Shown: positions 11,189 to 23,386 of the stretch, in pieces
Position numbering within the stretch: position 1 is the stretch's first letter
Layout: every line of letters begins with the position of its first letter
Source of the DNA: Lytechinus pictus
Taxonomy: Eukaryota
Assembly (NCBI RefSeq): GCF_037042905.1
Contig: NC_087251.1
Coordinates: forward strand, 35,838,001 to 35,902,000
Length of the DNA stretch: 64,000 nucleotides
Direction of reading: 5' to 3'
Notes under the pieces: generated by a model
Told to the model about the DNA's origin: nothing
The model's database searches: none
What the model saw: the letters and a program-made list of their open reading frames with translations, nothing else
Program-made: the position numbers and the translations under genes

Positions 11189-11458
11189 TGATAAAGAATA
11201 ACGCCATGCATTATGTTCTTTCTATTTTAAAATTTTTGTGGAAAAGTGATCCTTTGCTCATGCTTGCCCCACTTTGTAGAATAGCCTCTCTGAAAACATC
11301 AGTACCTGTATCTCTGTTGAATCTTTTTTTTTAATGCTCAAAATATTGCCTCTGCACCTTGAGCACTCTAAGGAGCGAATTAACATTTTTATTAGTACTA
11401 CTACTGCTTTGTGATAACTGGAGTTGGTTAATTATATGTATTTTCTTTTCATTTCCAG

Positions 11459-11552
11459 GTAAATTGCATCACTATGAGATACTCTCTTTGAATTTACTGA
11501 CCAATGCACTGACTGCCCTTACCCAGATAGGAATCCTTGTCAGAGAAAAGAG
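11459..11552 (+). CDS. GNPAT: GNPAT coding exon
   Basis: tttccag / gtgagt; (G)KLHHYEILSLNLLTNALTALTQIGILVREK, like GNPAT G...[26 protein letters not shown]. Confidence 0.92.
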
Positions 11553-11894
11553 GTGAGTGTACAATCAAATCATAAGCTCACACGGATCCTGTATTACTTG
11601 TAATCAATGTCATTATTTCGTCTGTATTAATTTGTTCCAACTAGAACCATGTGGTTTATGTGCAGAGTCTATGAGAATTATAAAATTCAGTAGCTAAAAT
11701 GTTAAATCTCGAAAGAAATGAGAACAAAATCCTATTAAATTACTACCAAGCGTTTGTAGAATAATAGTACTAAATGATTCTGATAGAAAATACTTACATT
11801 GCTTGGGAATGATTAAACGATAACACTGTAGGCGCTATGTTATTATTGTTGTTTAAGCTTGTCAGTCCTGCCAGGCATTGGGGCCTTCTCCATG

Positions 11895-12110
11895 CAATAA
11901 TTTTGATAATAATAACAATAATGATAGTAATAATGATAATAATCATAATCATAATGATAATAATAATAGTAATAATGATATTAGTAATAATAGTAATGAT
12001 GATAATAATAATAGTAATACAAAGTGATAATAATAATAATGATGATAATGATAATAATAATGATAATAATAATAATAATGATAATAATAATAATGATGAT
12101 GATAATGATG
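11895..12110. repeat. (AAT/GAT)n microsatellite
   Basis: imperfect trinucleotide run. Confidence 0.9.
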
Positions 12111-12334
12111 AGAAGTGATGACTCCCCTGATGATGAACAGTTACACTGCTTAAAATGTCAAGAATTCTCAACTCGTCTATTCTTCTGCGCCGAGTTATCA
12201 TTTTATATCTTTTTTACAGTCCTTTTACTGAATTCATCCTAATTTACAAAAAAGACACTTCTTTCTTCCATCTATATCTTTCTTGCCTTTCAATTTTCAC
12301 TTTTTTATTCTACCTCCCAACATTCATTTTGAGG

Positions 12335-12612
12335 ACTTACCATATGGTTAGTCTTTGGCAAGGCACCAATCCACACTTTGCCACTCTCCACTCAGGTGTT
12401 AAATGGGTACCCATTAGGATGTGAAAGTCTATGTTCTATGCCCAGCAATTGAGTCTTGGAGCTCTTGTTCGAATGCTCCCCAGGGAGTGGAAAAAGTGCA
12501 TACAGTGCATGTAGGCATGGCAGGATCTGATGACCATGTTATTAATAAGAACATGTAAAGCACTTGAAAATGTAAAGTATTGCATGCTATAAAAAAAAAA
12601 AATTGTTATTAT
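12335..12612 (+). mobile_element. SINE body and tail fragment
   Basis: gtctttggcaaggcac...ctccactcaggtgttaaatgggtacc core; L2-like tail tgtaaagcacttga...gctataaaa plus attatt. Confidence 0.55.
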
Positions 12613-12687
12613 GATTGTGAACATTATGTTACTTTAGTTTTGATAAGTTAAGATATTATTTTTACTTTCTCTCTTTGTTCTCTCCAG

Positions 12688-12749
12688 CAACAACGGGCCT
12701 CTCATCTCATGGTCTGCAGAGCCAGTATCTAGGATTGCAGACAAGATTA
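12688..12749 (+). CDS. GNPAT: GNPAT coding exon
   Basis: long polypyrimidine tract, tctccag / gtaagt; (S)NNGPLISWSAEPVSRIADKI; phase 2 in, phase 1 out, fits neighbours. Confidence 0.85.
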
Positions 12750-12762
12750 GTAAGTATCAAGC

Positions 12763-12976
12763 ACTGGCAGATCCAGGGGGGGTGGCACAGCCGGCCCGTG
12801 CCTCCCCCATTGAGAGGCGCAATTAAAATTTGTAATGTAAAAATGCAATTAAAACAGAAGTTTCCCCCCCCCCCCCCCTGTAGAAAGTGAAGCTTTTTTT
12901 TTTTTTTGCTTGTCAAATTTTCCTTGGGGAAAATGTGCCCCCCCCCCCCCCTTTGAAATATCCTGGATTCGCCCCT
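12763..12976. mobile_element. hAT-like poly-G/poly-C MITE (related copy in opposite orientation at ~36160-36405)
   Basis: actggcagatccaggggggg...cctggattcgcccc; shared core ggcacagccggcccgtgc...aattaaaattttgta...aaaatgc. Confidence 0.65.
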
Positions 12977-13714
12977 TGTATCAAGGAAAACATATGTTGT
13001 ACAGCTGACCCCAACTTTTTCAGATCTCATTTCACTTAATGAACTGTTCAAGTCCATTGCAACCTTTCATATGAACTAGACAACAGAGACTTGTCATTTC
13101 AAAGAGGTTCCACATGTAGCGGTTTAGACATACATACTTTGTGGAATTGCCTGTTTACATTTTGAGACATTCACGTCGGTCAGTTCAAACCATAAATCAT
13201 AACTTGATTCTATTTTCAATGATCAACATTTGAATTTGAATTTATTGATATTAATGCATTATATTACTTCACTTGACATGATACTTTACAACAGTGATAC
13301 ATCAAATCATTTTTATCACATAATACATTTTTTTAAAGACTAAAAAAAGATTACAAAACAGCCATTAGAAGAACCTACTGTTGACATTTTTGACATAATT
13401 ATCAAATGTATATTTTGAGTTATATAGTGTTATAATATTTTTATTGTATGAAGATTCAGATAGGTATTTTTTAATTTGAATATATTTATAACAAAATGTG
13501 TTTTTTATTTTAAAAAGAAGTTTTAACAGTAACTTTAATGCCAGGAATCGCACTGCAATGTCCAAAAATATCATCTCATTATATTAAAATCTAGTCTCAA
13601 TTCTATGCAATTTCAAAAGTTTCCTACAAATTCAATACTAATAGTTCTAATAAATGAATTCATTCTGTGACATTAATATTCATTTCTTTCATCATTTTTT
13701 TTCTCATGTTACAG

Positions 13715-13791
13715 GTGAGTTTATTCAAGTGCCTACAGACATTACATCGTTCTCCCAGAAAGGTGAAGTAGCCCTTGCAGCCAAATTATGA
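13715..13791 (+). CDS. GNPAT: GNPAT terminal coding exon ending in peroxisomal targeting signal PTS1 (AKL*)
   Basis: gttacag acceptor; (S)EFIQVPTDITSFSQKGEVALAAKL then TGA; C-terminal AKL is also the PTS1 of mammalian GNPAT. Confidence 0.93.
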
Positions 13792-14069
13792 AACCCTTCA
13801 CAAATTGCACCTTTGACATTGGTTTCATGCTTTAATGAAGCTGAGTTACAGGTAATCAAGGCATTCCGTCAATGATGATTGTACAGTTGCTGATGACCAT
13901 GAAGTTTCCACAGAGTAAGAGGCAAGTTTACCAAGTGATCTGTAAGAGTTTCTACCTCCAATTTCCTACAGTAGTCTTGTGTGTTGAAATTGCCACTTGG
14001 TCTGCACCCACTTTGTCTACTTTCCATTTGGTCTCATCCCACTTGGTCTAATTATAGTTCATGTATTAA

Positions 14070-14658
14070 AGGAAAATGAAACCTTTGGAACAAGATAGCT
14101 TGTGTGAAAACAGAAAAATCAAAGAAACAGTTCAAGGAAAGTTTGAGAAAAATCTTATGAATAATAAGAAAGTTGTGAGTATTTGAAGTTTAAATCATTA
14201 TTGTAATGTAGATCCCCCCATTGGCAATGCGACAAGGATGTGTGATGTCACATGTGAACAACTGTATCGTTACTTACGTATATACATGTATTTCACTTAA
14301 AATGCCTCTTTTATCACATCTATCAGTAGATCATGAATTCTTTCCAAAAGAGGGCTTGTAAATACAGATTTTCAAGGAATAGATCATGGATAAAGAGTTT
14401 GTATCACCATAAGAAAGAGCTAAAAGAGGCAGTTTGGGGTATTTTATAGTCCACCAAAGGGAAAGTTGTTCACATGTGACATCACACATATTTGTCACAT
14501 TGCCAGTTAGAGGATCTCCATAGCATTAGTGATCGCAATATTCAAATGCTCATAACTTTCTCATTATTTGTCAGATTTTTCAAAAAATTTCTTTGATCTT
14601 ATTCTTTGATTTTTCTCTTTCCACACAAGCCCACTTGTTCCAAGGGTTTCATTCCCCT
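14070..14658. mobile_element. TTAA-flanked (Kolobok-like) MITE in the putative 3' UTR
   Basis: TTAA|aggaaaatgaaacctttggaacaag ... cttgttccaagggtttcattcccc|TTAA; long imperfect inverted arms. Confidence 0.85.
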
Positions 14659-15224
14659 TAAAGTATTAAGTCTAATGGCCACTTAGGGCAATTTACCCTT
14701 TGGTCTGATTTCCAGTTAAACTCTACCCATTTCTTCAAATATCTACTTGGAATGGACCAAATGTAGAATGAATTTAAACTGGAATTAAATAATTTCAGTC
14801 ATTTTGATTAATAATAAAATCTCAATTTGTGCAATTTTAAGTAAGCTCAGAGAAATTGTTTATTTATTGTTATGATTTTGTATTCATTGAATTAATTTCA
14901 TACTCCAGTTCATAGGGATGGCTTGGATGTCAACTTTCTTGAAATGTATAAGATCATGACAGTAACTATTAATTCCAAACTTAATGAATGAATAATATCC
15001 TCACTCTCATACGTGATTTGAAGGAGATGACGAAGGTGCAGAGATTCAGCTTTTAACTATATTTCACAGGGTATTTATTGTGTAATTTTTTTTTCATCTT
15101 TGTATTTGTATTTAATTTTGCGAGTATACATTCATCATGTTGATTATATGTGATTTATTTTAGTAATAATAACAGTTGGTTTTTTTATAGTGCATATCGC
15201 ATAATATAACTATGTCTGGTGGTG

Positions 15225-15425
15225 ATTTTTTTTTTTTACCTGATTGCTAAGAAAGCATGAATGCTTGTAAGCAAGCAACCAGAGGACCGACGGCTTAAGG
15301 TCCCCTCCGAAGGACCTGGTACTGAAGATTAATGCCTTACCAAAGGGCACTAGCGCACCAAGTGGGAATCGAACCCGGGTCACCGGAATACGAGTCCCCC
15401 GTTCTACCGACTGAGCTATCGCGCC
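15225..15425 (-). mobile_element. tRNA-derived SINE, near-intact copy
   Basis: minus strand GGCGCGATAGCTCAGTCGGTAGAAC...GGTTCGATTCCC (A and B boxes), then GTGCCCTTTGGTAAGGCATT core and A-rich tail. Confidence 0.85.
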
Positions 15426-16879
15426 TGTATGCACTCAGTAATGTTGCTGATGATAATATCCTACTTGTGTCCTAGCTTTTCATCACTTGAAACATTATAA
15501 GGGGATGGGGCAGTTGGACCCCCTGCCCTCCCCAGAGCAGACTTCAAGGAAGGATAATGCTGTTTAAATCATCCCTTATTTGATTGATTGGATGCTGATT
15601 TAGCAAACCTGTGAATTTAATATATTACATAAATAAACAAATTAACAAAAACAGTAAAGGATGGGAAACATTATAGACCCCCAAAGTTTACAGTGTTCTG
15701 TTTCTTCTTTTTTTTCTTAAGGTTCACACTTCTCCCTTTTTTGTGTTTTTAAATACTAAAAAAAATATGGTATTCAGTTATAGAATTTTTTATTATATTC
15801 CTGTTGTTTAGAATGTCAAATTCTGTAATTGATCTGTATATTTTGGTGGGATTTATGCAGGCAATTATTTGGAAATGGTTTGGTTCTTTCATCAAAATGT
15901 ATGTTTAAGTGTTTGTGTGTGGGCCTTTCTCTATTATTATACATGTGATGTATTGTTAGATTAATCTAAAGAGGTTGCACCAGAATATTTCAGTAGGGGG
16001 TGGGGGTAAGATGATCTCTATTGAATATTGAATAACTGTGGAAAGATCAGTTAATGTGACGCGGGCCTCTCGTTTATTACTCTTCCTTTTTTCTTCCCCT
16101 TTTTTCCCCCTTTTCCTTTTTTGTCCACTACTTGAAAAAGTACAGGGGCGGTTACCCCCTGCCCCCACCCCCACCCCGTAGTGCCCAGCTGATTCACACA
16201 CTTTCATATATTAACTAAAATCGTGAATGATATTTCTCATAGAACAAAACTTATGAGTACTGAAACAGTTAAAGCTAATATATTATTGACTTAATTAATT
16301 GTTCCACCTTTAAGGTATATAATACAGTATTATATAAGAAAATTAAGAGCTATAAGTCATAAAGTATTATTTTTTGTTGTATCTGTCTTAGTTTACCTGG
16401 AAACTATGAACAATATGCATTTAAAATGCATTTCATATTATATTACAAGTTTTCTGTGAATTGATTTTTCTACAGTCCTGAGTCATTTACAGATTATTTT
16501 GTCATTGAAATTTGTGACATAATTACATGTACTAAAATAGTACAAAAACAGTCGTTACATGTGCATTCAAATGTTCTTGCAGTATCATCGCAATACTGAG
16601 TGTTTGTTTCAAGTATATATTTATGATTTTTCACCTCATGTGGGTAATTTATGACTCATTCCTCTATACTAATTATATGAATTATGTTTATTTTCTTTCA
16701 TTATTTGTGAGCAATTGAGGACTGATTCATTTATACTAATTCCACTTATATTTTGTTATTTTATGTTATTTGTATTCAATCATGATGATAATAACTGCTC
16801 TCTATAGGAGAGTCTCATTTGATGAATAAATCATGTTAATTTATTTCTAATTACATTTGTATTTTGCTTGTTTTATTGT

Positions 16880-17090
16880 CTGGTGAGCTAGTGGTTCTTT
16901 TATCTTTCACACAGAGGGCCATGGGTTCAAATCCCAACCAGGGTGTGTTTTCTTTCAGCAGGAAATTTGTCCCCAAAGTGCTGCACTCAATGAAAACATT
17001 CCCAAAGGATGAGACCAGCTTAATGTTTCTATGTCAAAAGGCATTTTGTTGGTTTTGTGTTGAAACATATAATAAGTGTAAATAATATCG
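16880..17090 (+). mobile_element. Degenerate tRNA-derived SINE
   Basis: tggtgagctagtggtt...gggttcaaatccc (A/B boxes) then gtgttttctttcagcaggaaattt...gtgctgcactcaa. Confidence 0.55.
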
Positions 17091-17246
17091 TTCATATTGG
17101 GAAGAAAACAATAAAGTTTGTAAAATTCTCTTCAATCAAATCTCAAATCTTGGACTTGTGGCAATCTGCTAACCATCAACATTAATATCTTAAACCACAA
17201 TATGATTTGATTTGTTATTTGATGCATAATGTTTCACTCACTTCTG

Positions 17247-17403
17247 GGGCCCATTTCATAAAGGACTTGCAACTGTTGTAACTTTGTCATAATGGCAACT
17301 ACCATGGTAACAGGGCTCAGCAACCAATCACAATCAAGGTTTCTATGGTAGATGCCATAATGGCAAAGTTACAACAGATGCAAGTCCTTTATGAAACCGG
17401 CTC
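17247..17403. mobile_element. Short Harbinger-like MITE, family C-related
   Basis: TIR gggcccatttcataaaggacttgca...tgcaagtcctttatgaaaccggctc. Confidence 0.75.
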
Positions 17404-19465
17404 CAGGACTGCATCTTAACTCTGCATTGCACTCCTCTGACATTTGGCACTGATTGAATTACATGAATGGCGCCATCTTGTGTTGTGTTTATTTGTTTTC
17501 ATCTCATACTCGCTCCCTGATCTCGATATAAAATGATTTATTGGTTTTCACTGGCTACAAAGAAGTTTACGGATGAAACACCCCCCCCCCCCCCACAAAA
17601 TTACGTTCTTATTGTTTGTTTAGAGCGATTAGGGTGGATTGTTACATATCTTTAAATTTTAATATTGTTTTTACATCACCAAAACAGTTCTTGCAGTTTT
17701 CTCCCTTGCCAGTCGGACCTGAAATGAGCTATAATGGGGGGGGGGGGGGTGTCTTCCAAATTAGCCATCAGTTTGCATGTTTTAATCCTTTCCTGAATGA
17801 GAATAAAGTATCATAAGGTTAAAGCATCTCACAGAGACAGAGACCAAGCCATTATGGGGTACAGTTTTGCCAGCGGAAGAAAGAAAGAAAGAGGGAGAAA
17901 ATAATATATATCACATCATCTCGTCAGTGATACGACATTGTTTGTATTCGATTCCGGAATTCGACTCTGGGGAAAATTAGTGCGCTATGGCCCATTTCTT
18001 CTAAACATCGGGTAAACGGGGAATATTCAACTTTTTTTTCAAAGTGGGTCGCAACAGCAAACCCAGTATAGGATATACTGAATGGAAGATGGGAAAGGGG
18101 ATATATTTGGAATAGGAGTAGAGAAAGAGATAGTGAATCCACTTGCAATCGCGATTTCGCTAGGGAGTTAATCGAGATAGGGAGTATAAAGCACCCTATG
18201 CCGAGTTAGATTGGGATGCGACTTCGGGCGATTTTTAGAACCAATTTATTGTCCTCGCTCTACATTGGGATTGCGCGGGAAAGGTTGCATGTTACGCTTT
18301 CATGTTATTATTAGTGTAATTACATTGACCTATTTTCATCTTGATAGTCGTAATAGTCATACTATACTTAAAGATAGGAGCGTTAGCACCTGAAATGATC
18401 TAACGACTTATGAGTATTATAAAATGGATCTATTTTTTAAAAAATATGTAGGCCTATTCAATAAAATTAGAATAAAATGTATTTAGAATGAAGATCTCGC
18501 TTAGTTATTACACGTATTTTATTTCAATATTTTCATTTTCTGAAACCATGACGGATTTTCAAGCATATTCATGAAATCAATATTGAAGGAGCATGATGCC
18601 TTTATATATAATTAGTTGATACTCTTGATGATTACAATGAAACGTACAAAGTAGATATGAACTATCTGAAAATAAATTCATGTAAACACTATTCGGTCAA
18701 GGGTTTTTTTATGAAGATGACTAGATTTGTTGAAATTAAAGAAAATTTTGATGACGAAATCAGAAATAACTTATACGCCTAGTTAACTAGCAGAGATCAT
18801 GATTGTGTGCACTCCTTGAAAGGCTTCAGTTGTATAAGTCAACGAGAAGCTAAGTTGATAATGAAGAGACAAAATAAATTCCATCTAATCTTTACAATTT
18901 CAAAATTCATTCTATTCGAAGGATCACGATTAGCGTTATTGATAATTATTGGTGCCCGGGCCCCCGGACTTCCAAATATACCGTCTTCAAATAAAACTAC
19001 CTATACATCCCCCTCATCCAACGCTCCCCATGCATCGCACATTCCTGCATATTGCTGGCGTATCATGTATCGCATGCAATAAGTTCGCCCAAATAAAGTG
19101 ATTAGATAATTTTTAGGAGTCGTGTAAGTGATATCGTGCAGACAATGAAACTAATAATTGGCATGGGGAAGAAAGAACAAGACACGACCGTAGTGCTACA
19201 AGGTTATTTCTTTAGTAAAATGATAGTGAGACACCATTTTGATACGTTAACACTAATGTTTTACATCTTTTAAGTAGGCCTGCAGGCTGCTAGGTACTCC
19301 AAAGTTGAATTTTAAGTTAAACCACGGTCCAGGACACCTGACCATATATGAAAATATTGGATTAATTATCTTTCCTGTTTTATAATAGCGTTATAGTGCG
19401 TGCTTTGCTCCTTCTAGCGTTCTACTTTCATTCACTCTTCTTCTTTTTTTTAGGTGGGTGGGGGG

Positions 19466-19579
19466 CAGTGGCGGACCGTGACCCGGAGGAGACAAAGCAT
19501 TGGAGGGGCACAGCATTGTTCACAAACAATACAGTGCCCCTCCAATGCTTTGTTTCCTCCAGGTCACGGTCCGCCACTG
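19466..19579. mobile_element. 114-bp hAT-like palindromic MITE
   Basis: cagtggcggaccgtgacc...ggtcacggtccgccactg; nearly the whole element is a hairpin; 8-bp TSD gtgggggg on both sides. Confidence 0.88.
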
Positions 19580-20926
19580 GTGGGGGGTATGCCTTGTGGC
19601 CCTTGTTGGGGGTGATGTTTTTAGGAATTGAATTATTTCAATGGGATTGGAATGTGACTTAAAAGTGAAGAGGGTAAGGGATTGGGGTCTTGGCTCTTGT
19701 AATGATGTTGGTGATGGCGGTATTGGTGGTGTTATAGTATGTTGTATAATTGTTGTGCTGGGTTACAGAGGTGGTGGTGGTGTTGCCAATACTTCTAAAT
19801 AGTAATGACATGGTGTGAAATTCTTATTCGGTCTTAATTCAAGTACTTCTATTATGACGATAATCTGTTTATTGCTTCAGAATTCATTATTTTTTTACAC
19901 TGCCCCCCCCTCCCTCAATCTACCCCACCCTACAATTCTTGTCTTCCCATTTTCTGTTCTCGTGCATATTTCATATACATCGAAGGGTTAATTTTGAATT
20001 TCGAATACAGTCGATGGCTTTATGTATACACACCCTCGGACACCGACTCATTTTTATTCATACTTTCACACTTAGTCATTGAGAGCTAGTAGATATCTTT
20101 CTGAGCACGTATAAACTTCAAATTTTCATTCTCTCTATGATAAATGGAATTTTCGACACCGCTCATCGCCAGCGCAAACATCTAAATGACGCCCGAGTGA
20201 AAATCGTTTTATATTAAACAATGTAAGACAGACTTAGGTGGTTTGCAGGGGATATAGCAATCCTCTAAATAATTTAGATAGTGTGAACGCGTGAAAAATA
20301 AAGATTAGTCCTCGGTCTATAGGTCTAAACCAAGGTTGAGCATTAATAAAGCTCATTCCCAGATTTCGTTCGTCTTCTAAAAGCATGGACAGACCAAATG
20401 GTGTGAATACTTATTTGTTCTGGTTAACTTAACTCCTACATCAAGCCTAAAAGCCATTATTGTAGATGGAAAATTATGATCGCTGGCATACGTTATTATT
20501 TTCTTCCTTATACAAATGAGAAACTATTCTATCGTTACTTATTTATGGTATATCTGTTTTGCTATATGGACCATTAATCTCTCGGATATACGATGCGTAT
20601 TGTTGACGATTCTCCACTTTGTTTTAATATTAGATTTCACTTATCTTTGCCTTGACACACCCCTCTTTCTTTTGTGAATCTTCATCTTCAGGTCATTTTG
20701 GCCTCACTACAGTTTCATCGAATCCAAACTCAGAACGAGTTACTTTGGGGTTATTTTGTGGGATAACGTGAATCATGAGGGAAAAATGACGAATGTCCAT
20801 TTTTTTTCGGAGAATCATCCAAAAATAATTGTTTCTTTGAATAAAAGTCTTCTATCGAAACTTTTTAAAATCTCCCACATCTTACCACCTCCTAATTCTC
20901 CTCCCACCTCCCCCCACCCCACCCCT

Positions 20927-20959
<33 letters not shown>

Positions 20960-21525
20960 AATAAAAAGCAGACATTTCGATAACACGAAGATGTTCATCT
21001 ACTCATAACCAAGGAGACAGCGGGCTATATGTTTCCAGGCGATGTCCCGCAAAAAACCATATGCCGCTCTATCTCCTTCTTCACAAATTATCAAGCGCAC
21101 AAAATTTGGGTTTCCATGGCAACAGATGCAATCACCCCTCGCAACGGTGTATGTAAGAGGAAGCGAAGCGCAGTAAGAGTTCGGCCATGCGTACCCGTCA
21201 TCCTAGATCGTTCCAGATGTCCCATAATTTCACTCGCTCAGAAATAACACCCCATGCAGAAGAGAGAGAGGATTCCTAATCCCATTTACCCTTGCTTAGT
21301 CCCAATTTCTTCAGGGTATATTCCTTTAAAATATTCCAAGGAATAATATCATACTCGTCGCTTAGTGCGTACACCTCTCTATATCGTTTTGTTTGTGGTA
21401 GGAAATTATAGTCTTGGGCTTTCCACCTACAATGTCTTCGCCGGTGTCTTCGCCATACCTTTTTTGACAACTATTTGACGATCGTCCATTTTGACCATTC
21501 AACTAAGTATTTCGTCTTCCGGCTT

Positions 21526-21557
<32 letters not shown>

Positions 21558-21558
21558 T

Positions 21559-21591
<33 letters not shown>

Positions 21592-21715
21592 GTATATGTT
21601 TATATATATATATGTTTATATATATATATATAGAAAGCCAGAGGACGAAATACTTAGTAGAATGGTCAAAATGTATATATATTTATATAATATATATATA
21701 TGTGTGTGTGTGAGT
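21526..21715. repeat. Compound (C)n(CT)n(TA)n(TG)n microsatellite
   Basis: direct reading. Confidence 0.9.
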
Positions 21716-22769
21716 GTATACGCTTATGATGAAATGTGTTTTTGTCACGAAATTAGAAAATAATATACAAACGAATTAATGAACCAAAATTAAAGTACAT
21801 AATCACTCTTTGCTGTCATAGAAATGAGGAAAGAGAATTATTTACTTTAACTGATGGAAATAGAGAAATAATTATAACACCTCCTCTTAACCTTAATTAG
21901 GTTTTACTTTTCTGTCATCTGCTTCTATAATAAAATAGGTAAATTTTTTATCGATATTTTCCTTAATTACACATTTGGTTCAACTCTTTTCCAAAATCAT
22001 TCCCTCGCCCTCCCGCTCCCTCAATTTTCATAAAGTGATTTTTTTATGATTCCTAATTATAACGCCATCTCACCCCTCGTTCCATTTACTCATCCCTTTA
22101 TTCTATTTTAGATTACTTCATGTTTTTATGCCCTGATCCTTTCGTCTTCGCTGATTCACCATTTTACTTCCACTTGCTTGGATTTAATTGGGAAAATATT
22201 GATGCTCCGATGACTAGATGCGGTGAATTAAGATCTCCCCTTCCTTTCTCGCCCCCTTCATCTCTCTCTCTCCCTTTCTCTTTCTTTTTTTCTTCTATTC
22301 CCTCTCTATCTATACGTTTCTATTTTTCTTATCCTCGTTAATCTAATTAATATTCGTCCAAAACCCTAATTCGCTATCTTCTCTTTCTTTTTCCTTTTAT
22401 TTCTCGTTGAATTGTATTTTATCTTCCCATATTTCGTCACTTTGTTTGATTTTAAAAAGTTTTCTTCATATCGTCTATCATTCTGGCATTCATCATTTTT
22501 CATTCTCTCTTTTTTTTCATTTTCTTCTTAATTTATTTCGTCGTCTCCTCCTGCTGCTCCTCCTCCTTCTACTTCTTCTTCTTCTTCTTCTTTGCATCCT
22601 CTCTCTCCCTCGTTCCCCGTTTCGTTTCATTCCATAAATGTTTTTTCCCTTTTGTATCACACTGTCTTCCTATATACCGTGCTATCTCTGTAAGATGTTG
22701 ACATGTTTTCATATAATTGGTCATGATGTAATTGATTGATGATTGTAGACAATACTGCAACAACATTCC

Positions 22770-23386
22770 ATCACACGACAATCCACACTGTACAGAGTGC
22801 CTATCCAATACGTCTTGTATATTATTTTACTACAAAATTACATGAAATTAACTTACACTCATGGTCAAGCTATGTATTACTGTTACAATAACCTTCTTCC
22901 CAAAGCATTTGAGTCTTTTTTTTTTTTTTAAGATGTACATACTTACAGTACTCGTAATAAAGATAAATATCATCCACCTTTATTGCGAAAACAGGTAACC
23001 AATTCAACTATATTTAATGAAGGTCCATTATCATGGAATTCTTAACCTGATTGCATAATCCGTAGCAAATCCTTAAACCACTTTAAGAGAAAAAAATATC
23101 TGTTAGATCGAATGTAATGTAATTGCCAACTTATATAGTTCACTTATTTACTTGTACTACCCCTCTCCCCAAACCTCATTTTCTTCTTCTTTGATTTTGT
23201 TATATAATAATTTGTACGATTTTGATGTGTACCATTTGTATTACAAGGAGCTTTTTTTTTCTTTTAATAGGAGTCTCTTTTGGCATGATTGGCAAGCAAA
23301 TTAGCTTTAGTGACTCCCCCACTTCCGTTTTATATCATATTGATTGTTATAACATGTATTATGATAAATAAATAAATAAATATAAA
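22770..23386 (+). mobile_element. 3' end of a CR1/L2(Crack)-like LINE, pseudogenised ORF2
   Basis: MYYCYNNLLPKAFESFF..DVHTYSTRNKDKYHPPLLRKQVTNSTIFNEGPLSWNS*PDCIIRSKSLNHFKRK is the typical RT C-terminal tail; (AAAT)n tail. Confidence 0.8.

Larger units (their letters stand above)
13792..17130 (+). other. Possible long GNPAT 3' UTR (end uncertain)
   Basis: T-rich, CpG-poor sequence after the stop; candidate AATAAA at 14813, 16825 and 17110; CpG content rises after ~17.5 kb. Confidence 0.35.

Noticed and set aside
1522..13791. Mitochondrial GPAT (GPAM) as alternative identity
   Set aside because: The [10 protein letters not shown] motif and C-terminal PTS1 AKL are characteristic of peroxisomal GNPAT
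15350..15425. Possible tRNA gene (minus strand)
   Set aside because: A and B boxes present, but it continues into a SINE core and A-rich tail with no proper acceptor stem; a SINE head
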